IMG/VR virus record: IMGVR_UViG_3300044712_002679 | Coordinates: 52,406-116,405 of that record | Source of the DNA: a virus | Length of the DNA: 64,000 nucleotides | Direction: 5' to 3' (one strand) | Shown here: positions 40,045 to 48,861 of the stretch, in pieces | Position numbering within the stretch: the stretch's first letter is position 1 | Layout: every line of letters begins with the position of its first letter | The notes under the pieces: generated by a model | The model's input: the letters and a program-made list of their open reading frames with translations, nothing else | Told to the model about the DNA's origin: nothing | The model's database searches: none | Position numbers and translations under genes: made by a program

Positions 40045-41046
40045 TTAAAATTTTTTAATAATATATTTTTCATTATATCCTTCGTAATCTTCACCTAACG
40101 TATTGTAGATTATTTCACCTTTTTTATTAACACCAGAATAAAAATATTCCCCAGGATTATACGCATTATATAAATTTTCACTCCACACCACTGCCGATAT
40201 AACTTGTTGTTGTTCATCATTATATATGTGATTATTTTCAGCGTGTTCAATTGCAAATTTTTTACTTAACGTTACATAATCTTTATCTACAAAATATTCT
40301 TGATTATTAGATACTGCCCGATACATTGTCAAATATTTTTTACCAATTTCATCTGATAATTTAGTTCCTAGTGTTCGTTCTTCGTTTTCGTTAACTTTAG
40401 GCACTTTTTTTAAGTAGTTTCCTGTTTTTGCACTATAAATATATTGATGATTATACACCGGAATAACATTAAATGATTTTAATGCAATATAAACATCTTC
40501 TAAACATTCATTATCAGCACCACCAACAACTATAACTTTCTTATTTCTCAGTTTTTTAAATAATTCAACCAATTCACCATTAACCAAAAACCATTTATGG
40601 TTATTTCCAATATAAATTAAAAATTCTGTACCATTTTTTAACTTAAATGCATCACCTTCTTTAAATTTATTTTTTTTGGCATTAAATTGGTTGATAGTTT
40701 TTTCATCAAAAATTTGATATATCCATTCGTTGAAACCACCTTTAAGTTTCGAATAAAACTTTTTTATACCATATTTTTTTTCAATAAAATCTTTTTGGTT
40801 TTTAAAAATATATGTGGGTTTAGAACCCGAATTTGAATCCCAAATTTGATACACACCTTCTAATCCAGTTGTTCCCGAAGGAAATTCTAAACAATAATTG
40901 TCTAATTTTTTTAAATAACCATTTGGATCAGTTGGAAAATATTTTTTAAAATTAGATTGAACATCTACGATTAACAATATTCCATCATGATCAATAAGTG
41001 ATATATTCTCATTCATCGAGAATTCCTGATAATTCAATACTTTCAT
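40045..41046 (-). CDS. hypothetical protein
   Basis: 333-aa ORF. Confidence 0.45.
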   Translation of the reverse strand: MKVLNYQEFSMNENISLIDHDGILLIVDVQSNFKKYFPTDPNGYLKKLDNYCLEFPSGTTGLEGVYQIWDSNSGSKPTYIFKNQKDFIEKKYGIKKFYSKLKGGFNEWIYQIFDEKTINQFNAKKNKFKEGDAFKLKNGTEFLIYIGNNHKWFLVNGELVELFKKLRNKKVIVVGGADNECLEDVYIALKSFNVIPVYNHQYIYSAKTGNYLKKVPKVNENEERTLGTKLSDEIGKKYLTMYRAVSNNQEYFVDKDYVTLSKKFAIEHAENNHIYNDEQQQVISAVVWSENLYNAYNPGEYFYSGVNKKGEIIYNTLGEDYEGYNEKYIIKKF

Positions 41047-41077
41047 ATATTTATATATTAATTTTAAAAACTATTTT

Positions 41078-41146
41078 TTTAATATATAAAAATAAAAAAT
41101 GATAAAAAGACATCATTTTAATATATAAAAATAAAAAATGATAAAA
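41078..41146. repeat. direct repeat (2 x ~28 bp: ttaatatataaaaataaaaaatgataaaa)
   Basis: Direct reading of the intergenic sequence upstream of 41146. Confidence 0.55.
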
Positions 41147-41397
41147 TGATAAAAAGACATTATTTTTTAGATAAAAAAATTATATCAACAGAAGAATTTA
41201 ATAAAAATAAATACATTATATTACCATCTAATGTTTTAAATGTGGCAAGAATATTGAAAATCCAATCTACATCTTTTCCTTTTTTATCAGAAGAAACTAA
41301 ATCAATTAAATTTAATTTTATTGTTAAATCAAAAAAATTATATTTATTAGAATCAATAGATACTGATATGATACTAGAAATCTATATTAATATTTAA
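41146..41397 (+). CDS. hypothetical protein, short paralog of 41425..42177
   Basis: EEFNKNKYIILPSNVLNVARILKIQ and LYLLESIDTDMILEIYINI align with the EQYHRNQYLILPPEVEDIVRIVKID and LQLLTSIDTDLMLEVYSRI segments of the next ORF. Confidence 0.45.
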   Translation: MIKRHYFLDKKIISTEEFNKNKYIILPSNVLNVARILKIQSTSFPFLSEETKSIKFNFIVKSKKLYLLESIDTDMILEIYINI

Positions 41398-41424
41398 TAT
41401 ATACATAAAAATAATAATTATGTT

Positions 41425-42177
41425 ATGTCAATGACAATTGATCAATTAGTGGATATAGTACAAGGTGATTTAACAATTTCTGGGTTGTTTGATAAAATTT
41501 TACCCGATATTGAAATTATTCGTTTAGTTAGAGAAGAAGCATTAGAATGGTTCTACAAAAATTATCAATTTTCTAAAATTAAAATATTTTATTTTTTAGA
41601 AAAAAATTTTATGACAACAGAACAATATCATAGGAACCAATATTTAATACTTCCCCCAGAAGTTGAAGACATTGTAAGAATCGTAAAAATTGATAACCCC
41701 ACACTCTTTCGTCTTGGTATACAAGCCCCCCATTTATCCATAAATCTAGGTGTTACAAATCAACCATTTTTGACATCATTTGTTACAACTGCTGGTGAAC
41801 TTGGTGTTTATCGTTCGGTTATTAGTAATTTTGCAGATCAAATAAATAAAATGACCCATAATACAATACGATTTAATTATAATCATATTAGTAAAAGATT
41901 ACAATTATTGACATCAATTGATACGGATTTGATGTTAGAAGTTTATAGTAGAATTGAAGAAGAAGAAATGTTCGATAATGTCTATTTTAAACAATATGTT
42001 ATTGGAATGTGTCAAATGAGAATGGGTCAGGCTGTTGGTAGATTCAATTTTAATATGCCAGGAAATTTTCAATATAATGCTGCTGATATGATTACCCAAG
42101 GTGAAAAAAAGATGACTGATGTTATCGAAAAAATTAAAGCTGAAACTAACGTGTGTTGGTTTATTATGGATAGATAG
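41425..42177 (+). CDS. hypothetical protein (paralog of 41146..41397; ends TAG, in frame with next ORF)
   Basis: 250 aa; the stop is TAG at 42175-42177. Confidence 0.5.
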   Translation: MSMTIDQLVDIVQGDLTISGLFDKILPDIEIIRLVREEALEWFYKNYQFSKIKIFYFLEKNFMTTEQYHRNQYLILPPEVEDIVRIVKIDNPTLFRLGIQAPHLSINLGVTNQPFLTSFVTTAGELGVYRSVISNFADQINKMTHNTIRFNYNHISKRLQLLTSIDTDLMLEVYSRIEEEEMFDNVYFKQYVIGMCQMRMGQAVGRFNFNMPGNFQYNAADMITQGEKKMTDVIEKIKAETNVCWFIMDR

Positions 42178-42180
42178 ATA

Positions 42181-42516
42181 ATGAAGTATTTGAAAACATT
42201 TGAAGAAACTATAATATGTGGTATCACATACAAATATGATGTGGGTGATTATGTATTGCTCAATAAAGAAGAAATGGATAAAAATACAATAGAAGATCAT
42301 GTGTCACCACACGATTTAGTTGAATTTAAAGTAAAAATAATAGAAATAAGAACTAAAGATGAATATGGAAAACAATATCCATACCCATACATAATTGAAA
42401 CTTTTGATAATAAAAAATGTGCAATTAAAGATACAGAAATACTTCGAAAATTAACAGTCAATGAAATTGAAGAATATAAAATCAAAAAATTATCAAAAAA
42501 ATATAATATTTTATAA
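42181..42516 (+). CDS. small-protein paralog family member (MKYLKTFEE N-terminus, C-terminal KKYNIL)
   Basis: 111 aa; shares both ends with 30127..30441; a terminator follows. Confidence 0.55.
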   Translation: MKYLKTFEETIICGITYKYDVGDYVLLNKEEMDKNTIEDHVSPHDLVEFKVKIIEIRTKDEYGKQYPYPYIIETFDNKKCAIKDTEILRKLTVNEIEEYKIKKLSKKYNIL

Positions 42517-42525
42517 ATAAAAAAA

Positions 42526-42548
42526 TCCCGATATATCGGGATTTTTTA
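42526..42548. terminator. bidirectional intrinsic terminator
   Basis: aaaaaaatcccgatatatcgggatttttt between convergent genes. Confidence 0.75.
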
Positions 42549-42553
42549 TTTAT

Positions 42554-44047
42554 TTAATCATCGTTTTTCGATATAAAATGTGCCATATTTATTCTACCTT
42601 CAGTTGATGCAATCTTTGTAATTTCATAATTATCATCATTATGTTCAAATAAATCTAAAAAAGATTTAACATCGGGTTCAACCGATTCAATTTCACATTC
42701 GGATTCTATTTCTTCATCAAAAAAAGATTTACTTTCAATTGGATTTGGTGTTATATTATTAGAACTAGATTTAATTAAAATTGCTTCTGAATTTTCTATA
42801 TTTTTTGAAATATCCCAAAAATCTTTTACTACATCATCTTTTTCTTCTTCTAAAATATCCCAATAACCATGAACAGTAAACTCTGTCGTTGTTGTCGTTG
42901 TTACAGGTTCTAATGGTGCTACTGTCGTTGTTGGTGCTACTGTTGTTGTAGGTGCTACTGTTGTTGTAGGTGCTACTGTTGTTGTAGGTGCTACTGTTGT
43001 TGTGGGTGCTACTGTCGTTGTAGGTGCTACTGTTGTTGTGGGTGCTACTGTCGTTGTAGGTGCTACTGTCGTTGTAGGTGCTACTGTCGTTGTAGGTGCT
43101 ACTGTCGTTGTAGGTGCTACTGTCGTTGTAGGTGCTACTGTATAATCATCATCATCCTTTTTTTTGCCAATTTTAAGCTTTTTTAAGTCATCTTTTTCTT
43201 TTGGTATATCTTGCGTATTATCTAACGTTAATTGATTAATTCCGATTAATAATGCTATTGCTAATGGGTCAAAAACACATATAATAAGTAATGCAATAAT
43301 ATTAACAATTCTATTAATGGGTGCGCCTGTTATATCAGCAATAAATTTATATGGACCAATTTCAGATGAAATATCATTAGATTTTAATTCAATTATTTTT
43401 AAATCATAATATGCTATCGAATCATTAACAGCATTTGTTTGTTTCATCAAATCTGTTATTTCTTTATTCATCTGACTTATTTGTTGATCTGCACCATTAA
43501 TTTGGGTTTCAGTTCTTTTAGCACTACTTACATTATTTTTGTCATATAAATTATCTAATCGTTGTTCTTGTTGTGTTCTTAATCCTGATAATGTGTTCAT
43601 TCGTGTATTTGAACTTTCAATTGATTTATTTATTCTATCCAATTGATTAACAAATAAATTCTTTTTGTTTTCTACTATCACAATTTGTGAATCCCTAGAT
43701 TCCAATTTTGTGGCAGTTTGTTGATATGCACCAGTTAAAAATCCATAAATACCTACTGATGTCAATAACATAATAAATACTACTGCAAACACATAAAAGC
43801 CTCTTAATCCTTTTTTTATTGTATTCCAAAACCTATATACATACGAAACAGTAACCAATTTAGCAAATTCTAATGATGCTGCAAGTATAGTAATACCTAT
43901 ACCAGCCGCAGCAAAAAGTTTTGTTAAACCAAAAACTGAAAAATATGCAGCAGTACCAGCTAATGATAATGCAGCCATGGATAATAACAATATAAATACC
44001 CAATTTTTCTTCATTTCCTTTAATTTATTTTTATTTATAAAAACCAA
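42554..44047 (-). CDS. membrane protein with (VAPTTT)x13 tandem repeat and acidic C-terminal domain
   Basis: Four N-terminal TM helices, a coiled coil, another TM helix, then 13 perfect TVAPTT repeats encoded by 18-nt repeats at 42895-43140, then an Asp/Glu-rich tail. Confidence 0.6.
   Translation of the reverse strand: MVFINKNKLKEMKKNWVFILLLSMAALSLAGTAAYFSVFGLTKLFAAAGIGITILAASLEFAKLVTVSYVYRFWNTIKKGLRGFYVFAVVFIMLLTSVGIYGFLTGAYQQTATKLESRDSQIVIVENKKNLFVNQLDRINKSIESSNTRMNTLSGLRTQQEQRLDNLYDKNNVSSAKRTETQINGADQQISQMNKEITDLMKQTNAVNDSIAYYDLKIIELKSNDISSEIGPYKFIADITGAPINRIVNIIALLIICVFDPLAIALLIGINQLTLDNTQDIPKEKDDLKKLKIGKKKDDDDYTVAPTTTVAPTTTVAPTTTVAPTTTVAPTTTVAPTTTVAPTTTVAPTTTVAPTTTVAPTTTVAPTTTVAPTTTVAPLEPVTTTTTTEFTVHGYWDILEEEKDDVVKDFWDISKNIENSEAILIKSSSNNITPNPIESKSFFDEEIESECEIESVEPDVKSFLDLFEHNDDNYEITKIASTEGRINMAHFISKNDD
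42895..43140. repeat. 18-bp tandem repeat (ggtgctactgtYgttgta)x~13 inside a CDS
   Basis: Direct reading. Confidence 0.8.
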
Positions 44048-44232
44048 CTATTAATAACAACACAAATATAAACATTTATGTCATTAAAACTTTTTGGAAT
44101 TTTTTTATTTAATTTCCTATAATTACGCCTATTCACATAAACAATAAAATCATTGTTACATATTCCAATTCCATTAATTCCTTTAAATTTTTTTACATAT
44201 ATTCTAAAATCTTCAATTATTTGTTCTGTCAT
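44035..44232 (-). CDS. hypothetical small protein
   Basis: 65-aa ORF. Confidence 0.3.
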   Translation of the reverse strand: MTEQIIEDFRIYVKKFKGINGIGICNNDFIVYVNRRNYRKLNKKIPKSFNDINVYICVVINSWFL

Positions 44233-44238
44233 TTTTAG

Positions 44239-44673
44239 TTAATCTTTTCTACCTGAAACATATCTATCTTTATATGTTTTTTTAATATTAGTAAATGAAA
44301 TAAACTTATCATCTATTGTTATATTAAAACTATATAAATTGTTGTCATTATTTAATAATTGTTTTATTTTTTCTACATCTATATGGGATCGAATTTCAAA
44401 ATCTTTAATTTCAAATTTTATTCCATCATTTTCTTCTATTTTATTTTTAAATTCAGGTAATCGAAGAAATTCCATAATTAGATTTAATAATTTTCCAAAT
44501 TTATTCGAACCCTTCCTAAATTCACCAGCAAATTCTTTATATGTTTTTATTCTTGGATCAGCCCCATAATTTTGACCAACAATAGGAAGTTTACCTTCTG
44601 GTCCTGCTACTGTCGGGGTGTAAAATAAATTGTCCCTTGTCGTAATCATTTCATCAAATCTTTCTATTTTCAT
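44239..44673 (-). CDS. hypothetical protein
   Basis: 144-aa ORF. Confidence 0.4.
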   Translation of the reverse strand: MKIERFDEMITTRDNLFYTPTVAGPEGKLPIVGQNYGADPRIKTYKEFAGEFRKGSNKFGKLLNLIMEFLRLPEFKNKIEENDGIKFEIKDFEIRSHIDVEKIKQLLNNDNNLYSFNITIDDKFISFTNIKKTYKDRYVSGRKD

Positions 44674-44707
44674 AAAATATTGTATTTTTTAGCTTTTTCA
44701 ACACATT

Positions 44708-44893
44708 CTACTTCTGAAATATTTTAGCCATATACAAATTTTGTTTGGCAACTTCTAGATAAGATTTAGTTGTTGAATTCCCACACATTTTAATCAAATT
44801 GTCTATTTGATTCATAATTGATGAAATTTCTGTAGATATTTCTTTTTTATCGAATGAACCTAGTTCTTCAAATTTTTTTACATGATGATTCAT
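44708..44893 (-). CDS. hypothetical small protein
   Basis: 61-aa ORF with a TAG stop. Confidence 0.3.
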   Translation of the reverse strand: MNHHVKKFEELGSFDKKEISTEISSIMNQIDNLIKMCGNSTTKSYLEVAKQNLYMAKIFQK

Positions 44894-44934
44894 AACTTTA
44901 CCGTTTTTTTTTAATCGAATGATGATTCATAACT

Positions 44935-46332
44935 TTACCATTTTTTACCTTTTGTTTGTGGAATTTTCATATCTTTTAAATCTTGGGCAGGTGATCCTTT
45001 TTTATCAGATGTAGGTGTTTCATGAAAATAATTAATATCAGTAACAATTCTTGCTGAATCTTCAATTATAGCATTTGGTCCAATCTTACACATTCTTAAA
45101 ACAGAATTGCCTTTAACACTACCATCAATATTACACATATATAAATAACAATCACTAATTTCAGATTCTTTATCAATTTTTGCATTTTCTATCTTTGAAT
45201 TAAATATGTTACTACCAACTACATCCCCACCATGTATTGTACCATTTACCAATTCAGATGATATAAAATTACAAATATTATATCTACCACTATTTATAAC
45301 ACATTCAATAAAATCAATATCATTAAGATCAAAAATTGTCTTAAATGTACCTTCAACTAATTCAATTCTATTTAATTCTGAATCATAATTAATTATACAA
45401 TTTTTAAGATTATATGTGTTTCTTACAATTTCATAAATATCATTATACATCTTATCGTAATATCCTTTCAAAATTCCATAATCACTAAATTTATCTACCT
45501 GGATATCAATTGTTGGAAATTCTGAAATAAAATCATCGTAATTTGCAAAAGTTTTGAAAATATTAATATTTTCAAATAAATATTTTTGTAATTTTTCTTT
45601 ATCTTCTTCATTTAATGGCTGATTAATACAATCCCATGTTTTTGTTATAAAATAATCCATAAGTGATATAATTTCAGATGTTTTCTTATGATATCCATTA
45701 CCACCAATATAACGCCATTCTAATCTACCTTCTTGAATAGTTTGAAAATTTATTCCATAATATTTAGTATCCGGATATTGAATATTTGTCTGTAATATTT
45801 CAATCGCATTTGTAGAAAAATCAAATCCTTTAAATGGTATTAATGTTTTTACACTTTTTGCATAAATATTATTTTTTCTTTCTGGAAAGTAATTATAAAT
45901 TAAATCTTCATCAACTTCTAATATTAATTTTAATGCATTTAAATTGTTAAGAATCATACCATCACCATTATCTTCGAATGAAATATTAATATGTATTGAA
46001 CATTTTTCATCTGTTCGAGCATATTTATCCAATGTTTTTAGAATTTTTAATAATATAATTTTACAATTTATATATGGAATTGGTCCAGTTACTAATTCAA
46101 CTAATTCTGGCCCACCAGAAAGGTCTGGTTCAATTTTGAAATTATTTTCATCTGGTTTAAAACTTGAATGATATTTTCTATAACCATGGACTTGAATAGG
46201 TGCGAGTGTATTATTTAATAATTCCAATAATTTAAAATAAGATCGTTCAGTATAGAATTCAAATTCAAATCCAACGATAGCTTTTTTTAATATATCAATA
46301 TCTGTAATGTATTCATTTGAATAAATTTTCAT
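44935..46332 (-). CDS. hypothetical protein; N-terminal GFEFEF/SIHINIS amidoligase-like hints, C-terminal beta-helix-like repeats
   Basis: AIVGFEFEFYTE, GGPELVELVTGPI and CSIHINISF loosely resemble the Amidoligase_2 motifs. The C-terminal 100 aa have a G/N-rich periodic pattern. Confidence 0.3.
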   Translation of the reverse strand: MKIYSNEYITDIDILKKAIVGFEFEFYTERSYFKLLELLNNTLAPIQVHGYRKYHSSFKPDENNFKIEPDLSGGPELVELVTGPIPYINCKIILLKILKTLDKYARTDEKCSIHINISFEDNGDGMILNNLNALKLILEVDEDLIYNYFPERKNNIYAKSVKTLIPFKGFDFSTNAIEILQTNIQYPDTKYYGINFQTIQEGRLEWRYIGGNGYHKKTSEIISLMDYFITKTWDCINQPLNEEDKEKLQKYLFENINIFKTFANYDDFISEFPTIDIQVDKFSDYGILKGYYDKMYNDIYEIVRNTYNLKNCIINYDSELNRIELVEGTFKTIFDLNDIDFIECVINSGRYNICNFISSELVNGTIHGGDVVGSNIFNSKIENAKIDKESEISDCYLYMCNIDGSVKGNSVLRMCKIGPNAIIEDSARIVTDINYFHETPTSDKKGSPAQDLKDMKIPQTKGKKW

Positions 46333-46401
46333 TAATTTAAACTATTTTTTTGTATATATTAAAAATTAAAATACAAAAAAATGAACATAAAATAAATAAA
46401 A

Positions 46402-46800
46402 TTAGAAACCAATATTTTTTATTTCTAACCAATCTGAGTGTGGTATTTTATGGAGTTTTTTAATAAATTTTTTGGGAATTTCCTGCATTAAAGCAAACCA
46501 TATTGAATTATCATTTCTTATTCCACCTTTCCATAAATATGGATAACCGATCCATCGGTGATCTGATGCATCATATGGTATTTTAAATTCAAAAACATAA
46601 GCATATTTATCGTCAGGTACAGCATGATATAACGCAGATTCTATATCTGTTGCCATCATATACCAACCTTGACCATAACCTAAATTACTTTTTAATCCTT
46701 CTTCTTCTATTTTTTTGATAAACTTAGCATTAGTACCATGATAAACAGTAATATATTCTTGCTTTTTTTCTTTTAAATATTCTATAAATTTTATATTCAT
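46402..46800 (-). CDS. Tpt1-C-terminal-like / ADP-ribosyltransferase-fold small protein
   Basis: TVYHGTNAKFIKKIEEEGL closely parallels the ILYHGTSPESYKIIQKTGL segment of the Tpt1 gene at 61875..62399. 132 aa; it lacks the Tpt1 N-domain. Confidence 0.4.
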   Translation of the reverse strand: MNIKFIEYLKEKKQEYITVYHGTNAKFIKKIEEEGLKSNLGYGQGWYMMATDIESALYHAVPDDKYAYVFEFKIPYDASDHRWIGYPYLWKGGIRNDNSIWFALMQEIPKKFIKKLHKIPHSDWLEIKNIGF

Positions 46801-46988
46801 ATCATTTGTTGTATATAATTAATTAGATACCAATCAGGGATTCCATCTACATCATAAATAATCGTAAATTCAAAAACATAATTATAATTTTTAATTTTTA
46901 ATGATGTTATTATATTTTTACTATCAATTTCAGGTTTTGGTAATCTATTAATTGCTGTTTTTGCGGCATAAATGTTTATATCTTTCAC
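46797..46988 (-). CDS. hypothetical small protein
   Basis: 63 aa; ATGA overlap. Confidence 0.3.
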   Translation of the reverse strand: MKDINIYAAKTAINRLPKPEIDSKNIITSLKIKNYNYVFEFTIIYDVDGIPDWYLINYIQQMI

Positions 46989-47165
46989 ATTATTAATTTT
47001 TTTTTGTGATGGTATGAAGAATCGAACTTCCTTAAAATTAATATAAATACCTGCCCGATATACGTATGTTGTCTTTCACCAACCGTAATTTGTTTTCACC
47101 GAGATACCATCAAAGATATATATAAAAATTTTAATATATATCTTTTTTAAAAATAAAATATCATA

Positions 47166-47372
47166 ATGAAAAAGACATTACCATTAGGTTTATATTACGA
47201 AATAATAAATATTGGCACAGTTAATAATACTTTATATAGAGTTGTATCAAATATTCCTATGATTAATAATTTAAGATCAAATATAGATGAAACTGAAGAT
47301 CAATTTATTATCAGAATAACAAAATTAGTTCATAATGAATTTTATGTGACAAATATCACACAAAATGTTTGA
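47166..47372 (+). CDS. hypothetical small protein
   Basis: 68-aa ORF. Confidence 0.3.
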   Translation: MKKTLPLGLYYEIINIGTVNNTLYRVVSNIPMINNLRSNIDETEDQFIIRITKLVHNEFYVTNITQNV

Positions 47373-47421
47373 TTATTAAACTTTTATAATTTTTATTTAT
47401 ATATAAAATAAAAATAATACT

Positions 47422-47784
47422 ATGGAAAAATTGACATTAGAAACATTCAAAGAAAAAATAATGAACTATGAAATTAATAAAAATGAATGGAAATTTGAAG
47501 GAAAATTACCAGCCATTATTGATTTTTATGCTGATTGGTGTGGTCCATGCAAAATGATATCACCAATTCTCGATTCATTAAGTAAAGAATATGATGGTAA
47601 GGTTGATATTTATAAAGTTAATACCGAAGAAGAACAAGAATTATCAGCGATGTTTGGTATAAGAAGTATTCCATCAATATTATTTATCCCCATTATTGGT
47701 GACCCACAAATGAATTTGGGTGCATTATCAAAAGATAAATTCATAGAAGCGATAAATGATGTGTTATTAAAAAAAGAGTTGTAA
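47422..47784 (+). CDS. trx: thioredoxin
   Basis: FYADWCGPCKMISP active site (WCGPC) with the usual flanking fold; 120 aa. Confidence 0.85.
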   Translation: MEKLTLETFKEKIMNYEINKNEWKFEGKLPAIIDFYADWCGPCKMISPILDSLSKEYDGKVDIYKVNTEEEQELSAMFGIRSIPSILFIPIIGDPQMNLGALSKDKFIEAINDVLLKKEL

Positions 47785-47793
47785 TACAACTCT
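47775..47793. terminator. bidirectional intrinsic terminator
   Basis: aaaaagagttgtaatacaactcttttttat between convergent genes. Confidence 0.7.
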
Positions 47794-47796
47794 TTT

Positions 47797-48057
47797 TTAT
47801 TTATTAAATAGCTTAATTAAAGCATCATATAATCCACTTTGTTCATTTGTAAAATTTCTTCGATATAGTTCGAGTTCAATTCCTCTAATAAAAACACAAT
47901 CAATAATTGTATCTAAAATTTCATCTTCTGATGGTTTAATTTTTGCATCATCATTAGCTTGCCAACCAAGAATAAACGTTTGTAGATCAGCACTAGTAAC
48001 CATTGGATACTTTTTTTTGAATGCAACTACTGCATCATTAAGTTTTTTATTTTCCAT
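47797..48057 (-). CDS. hypothetical protein
   Basis: 86-aa ORF. Confidence 0.4.
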   Translation of the reverse strand: MENKKLNDAVVAFKKKYPMVTSADLQTFILGWQANDDAKIKPSEDEILDTIIDCVFIRGIELELYRRNFTNEQSGLYDALIKLFNK

Positions 48058-48364
48058 TTTTTAAATCAATTTTAATTGCTAATTCTTTTGAACTTCCTAT
48101 TTTTTTATATAAATCATCAGGATGATATCCTGGTTTCCATTCAACACCCCCAGAAATATGAAATTTTTCGCATAATAAATGATGATCGGGACAAACAGTT
48201 ATACCATTTTCGATTATATATCCACCATTTGGCATTTCATTTCTATCTGTAATGTGATGTGCATCAAGATCATGTTTTATATCACAAAAAACACATTTGT
48301 GATGATCTCGTTCGAAAACTTTATTTCTAAAATTTTCCCTTATTTGTTTTTTACTTATTCCCAT
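48047..48364 (-). CDS. HNH endonuclease
   Basis: HHKCVFCD...DAHHITDRNEMPNGGYIIENGITVCPDHH: an HNH motif with paired Cys/His. Confidence 0.8.
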   Translation of the reverse strand: MGISKKQIRENFRNKVFERDHHKCVFCDIKHDLDAHHITDRNEMPNGGYIIENGITVCPDHHLLCEKFHISGGVEWKPGYHPDDLYKKIGSSKELAIKIDLKNGK

Positions 48365-48660
48365 TTATGAATATCATATTTTTCCATTATTACAAGAACT
48401 GAAACCCATCCATTATTTGCCAACGATATAGATGATGTTTTTACAATATATCCTTCTGATGTTTTTTTATCAATAAAATAATTAACTTGATTCATTTCAT
48501 TAGTCCGAATTGTTTTGCAATATGTTACAGTCGATAATGGTTTATCTGGCTGAATATGCATCAAATTTGATTCTCTAATTGGATTTGATTTTGTTGGTTC
48601 TGAATTTGCTACACAAATCGCTAACAAAATACTTACAAAAAATACTAATATTACTTTCAT
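48355..48660 (-). CDS. small secreted protein (start moved to MKVILVFF)
   Basis: The listed ORF's first 25 codons are antisense to the tRNA gene. The internal Met begins a typical signal peptide MKVILVFFVSILLAICVANSEP. Confidence 0.45.
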   Translation of the reverse strand: MKVILVFFVSILLAICVANSEPTKSNPIRESNLMHIQPDKPLSTVTYCKTIRTNEMNQVNYFIDKKTSEGYIVKTSSISLANNGWVSVLVIMEKYDIHKWE

Positions 48661-48678
48661 TTTTTTAATTAATGTTAG

Positions 48679-48749
48679 TATCCTAGTCGGGAATCGAACC
48701 CGAGATAAAGGTTTTAGAGACCTCCGCTTTACCACTTAGCTACTAGAAC
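48679..48749 (-). tRNA. tRNA with anticodon CUA (amber-suppressor type, tRNA-Sup)
   Basis: Hand-folded cloverleaf. Acceptor GTTCTAG/CTAGGAT (7 bp, two G-U). D arm GCTA-AGTGGTA-AAGC. Anticodon stem GAGGT/ACCTT with loop C-T-CTA-A-A (U33, A37). 4-nt variable loop. T arm TCGGG-TTCGATT-CCCGA. Discriminator A; no encoded CCA. Confidence 0.7.
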
Positions 48750-48861
48750 GAATAAAAAACAACCAATAATCTGACTTTCTTGAATTACTCACCAGATAGT
48801 ACCCCTTAGCTTTGTAGTATCAGTTGTTCATAATAGTGGATACAAATATACTTATTAATTA

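Noticed and set aside
47009-47110. Second tRNA-like element: perfect 7-bp terminal complementarity (atggtat/ataccat) and a T-arm-like GAAG-TTCGATT-CTTC on the minus strand
   Set aside because: The span is about 102 nt, and no canonical D arm or anticodon arm can be drawn. It is more likely an inverted repeat or terminator-like structure near the end of 46797..46988. An Infernal scan could settle it.
48661-48735. N-terminal 25 codons of listed ORF 48355..48735 (MVKRRSLKPLSRVRFPTRILT...)
   Set aside because: This segment is the antisense translation of the tRNA gene. The real CDS starts at the internal Met (48660), which begins a signal peptide.
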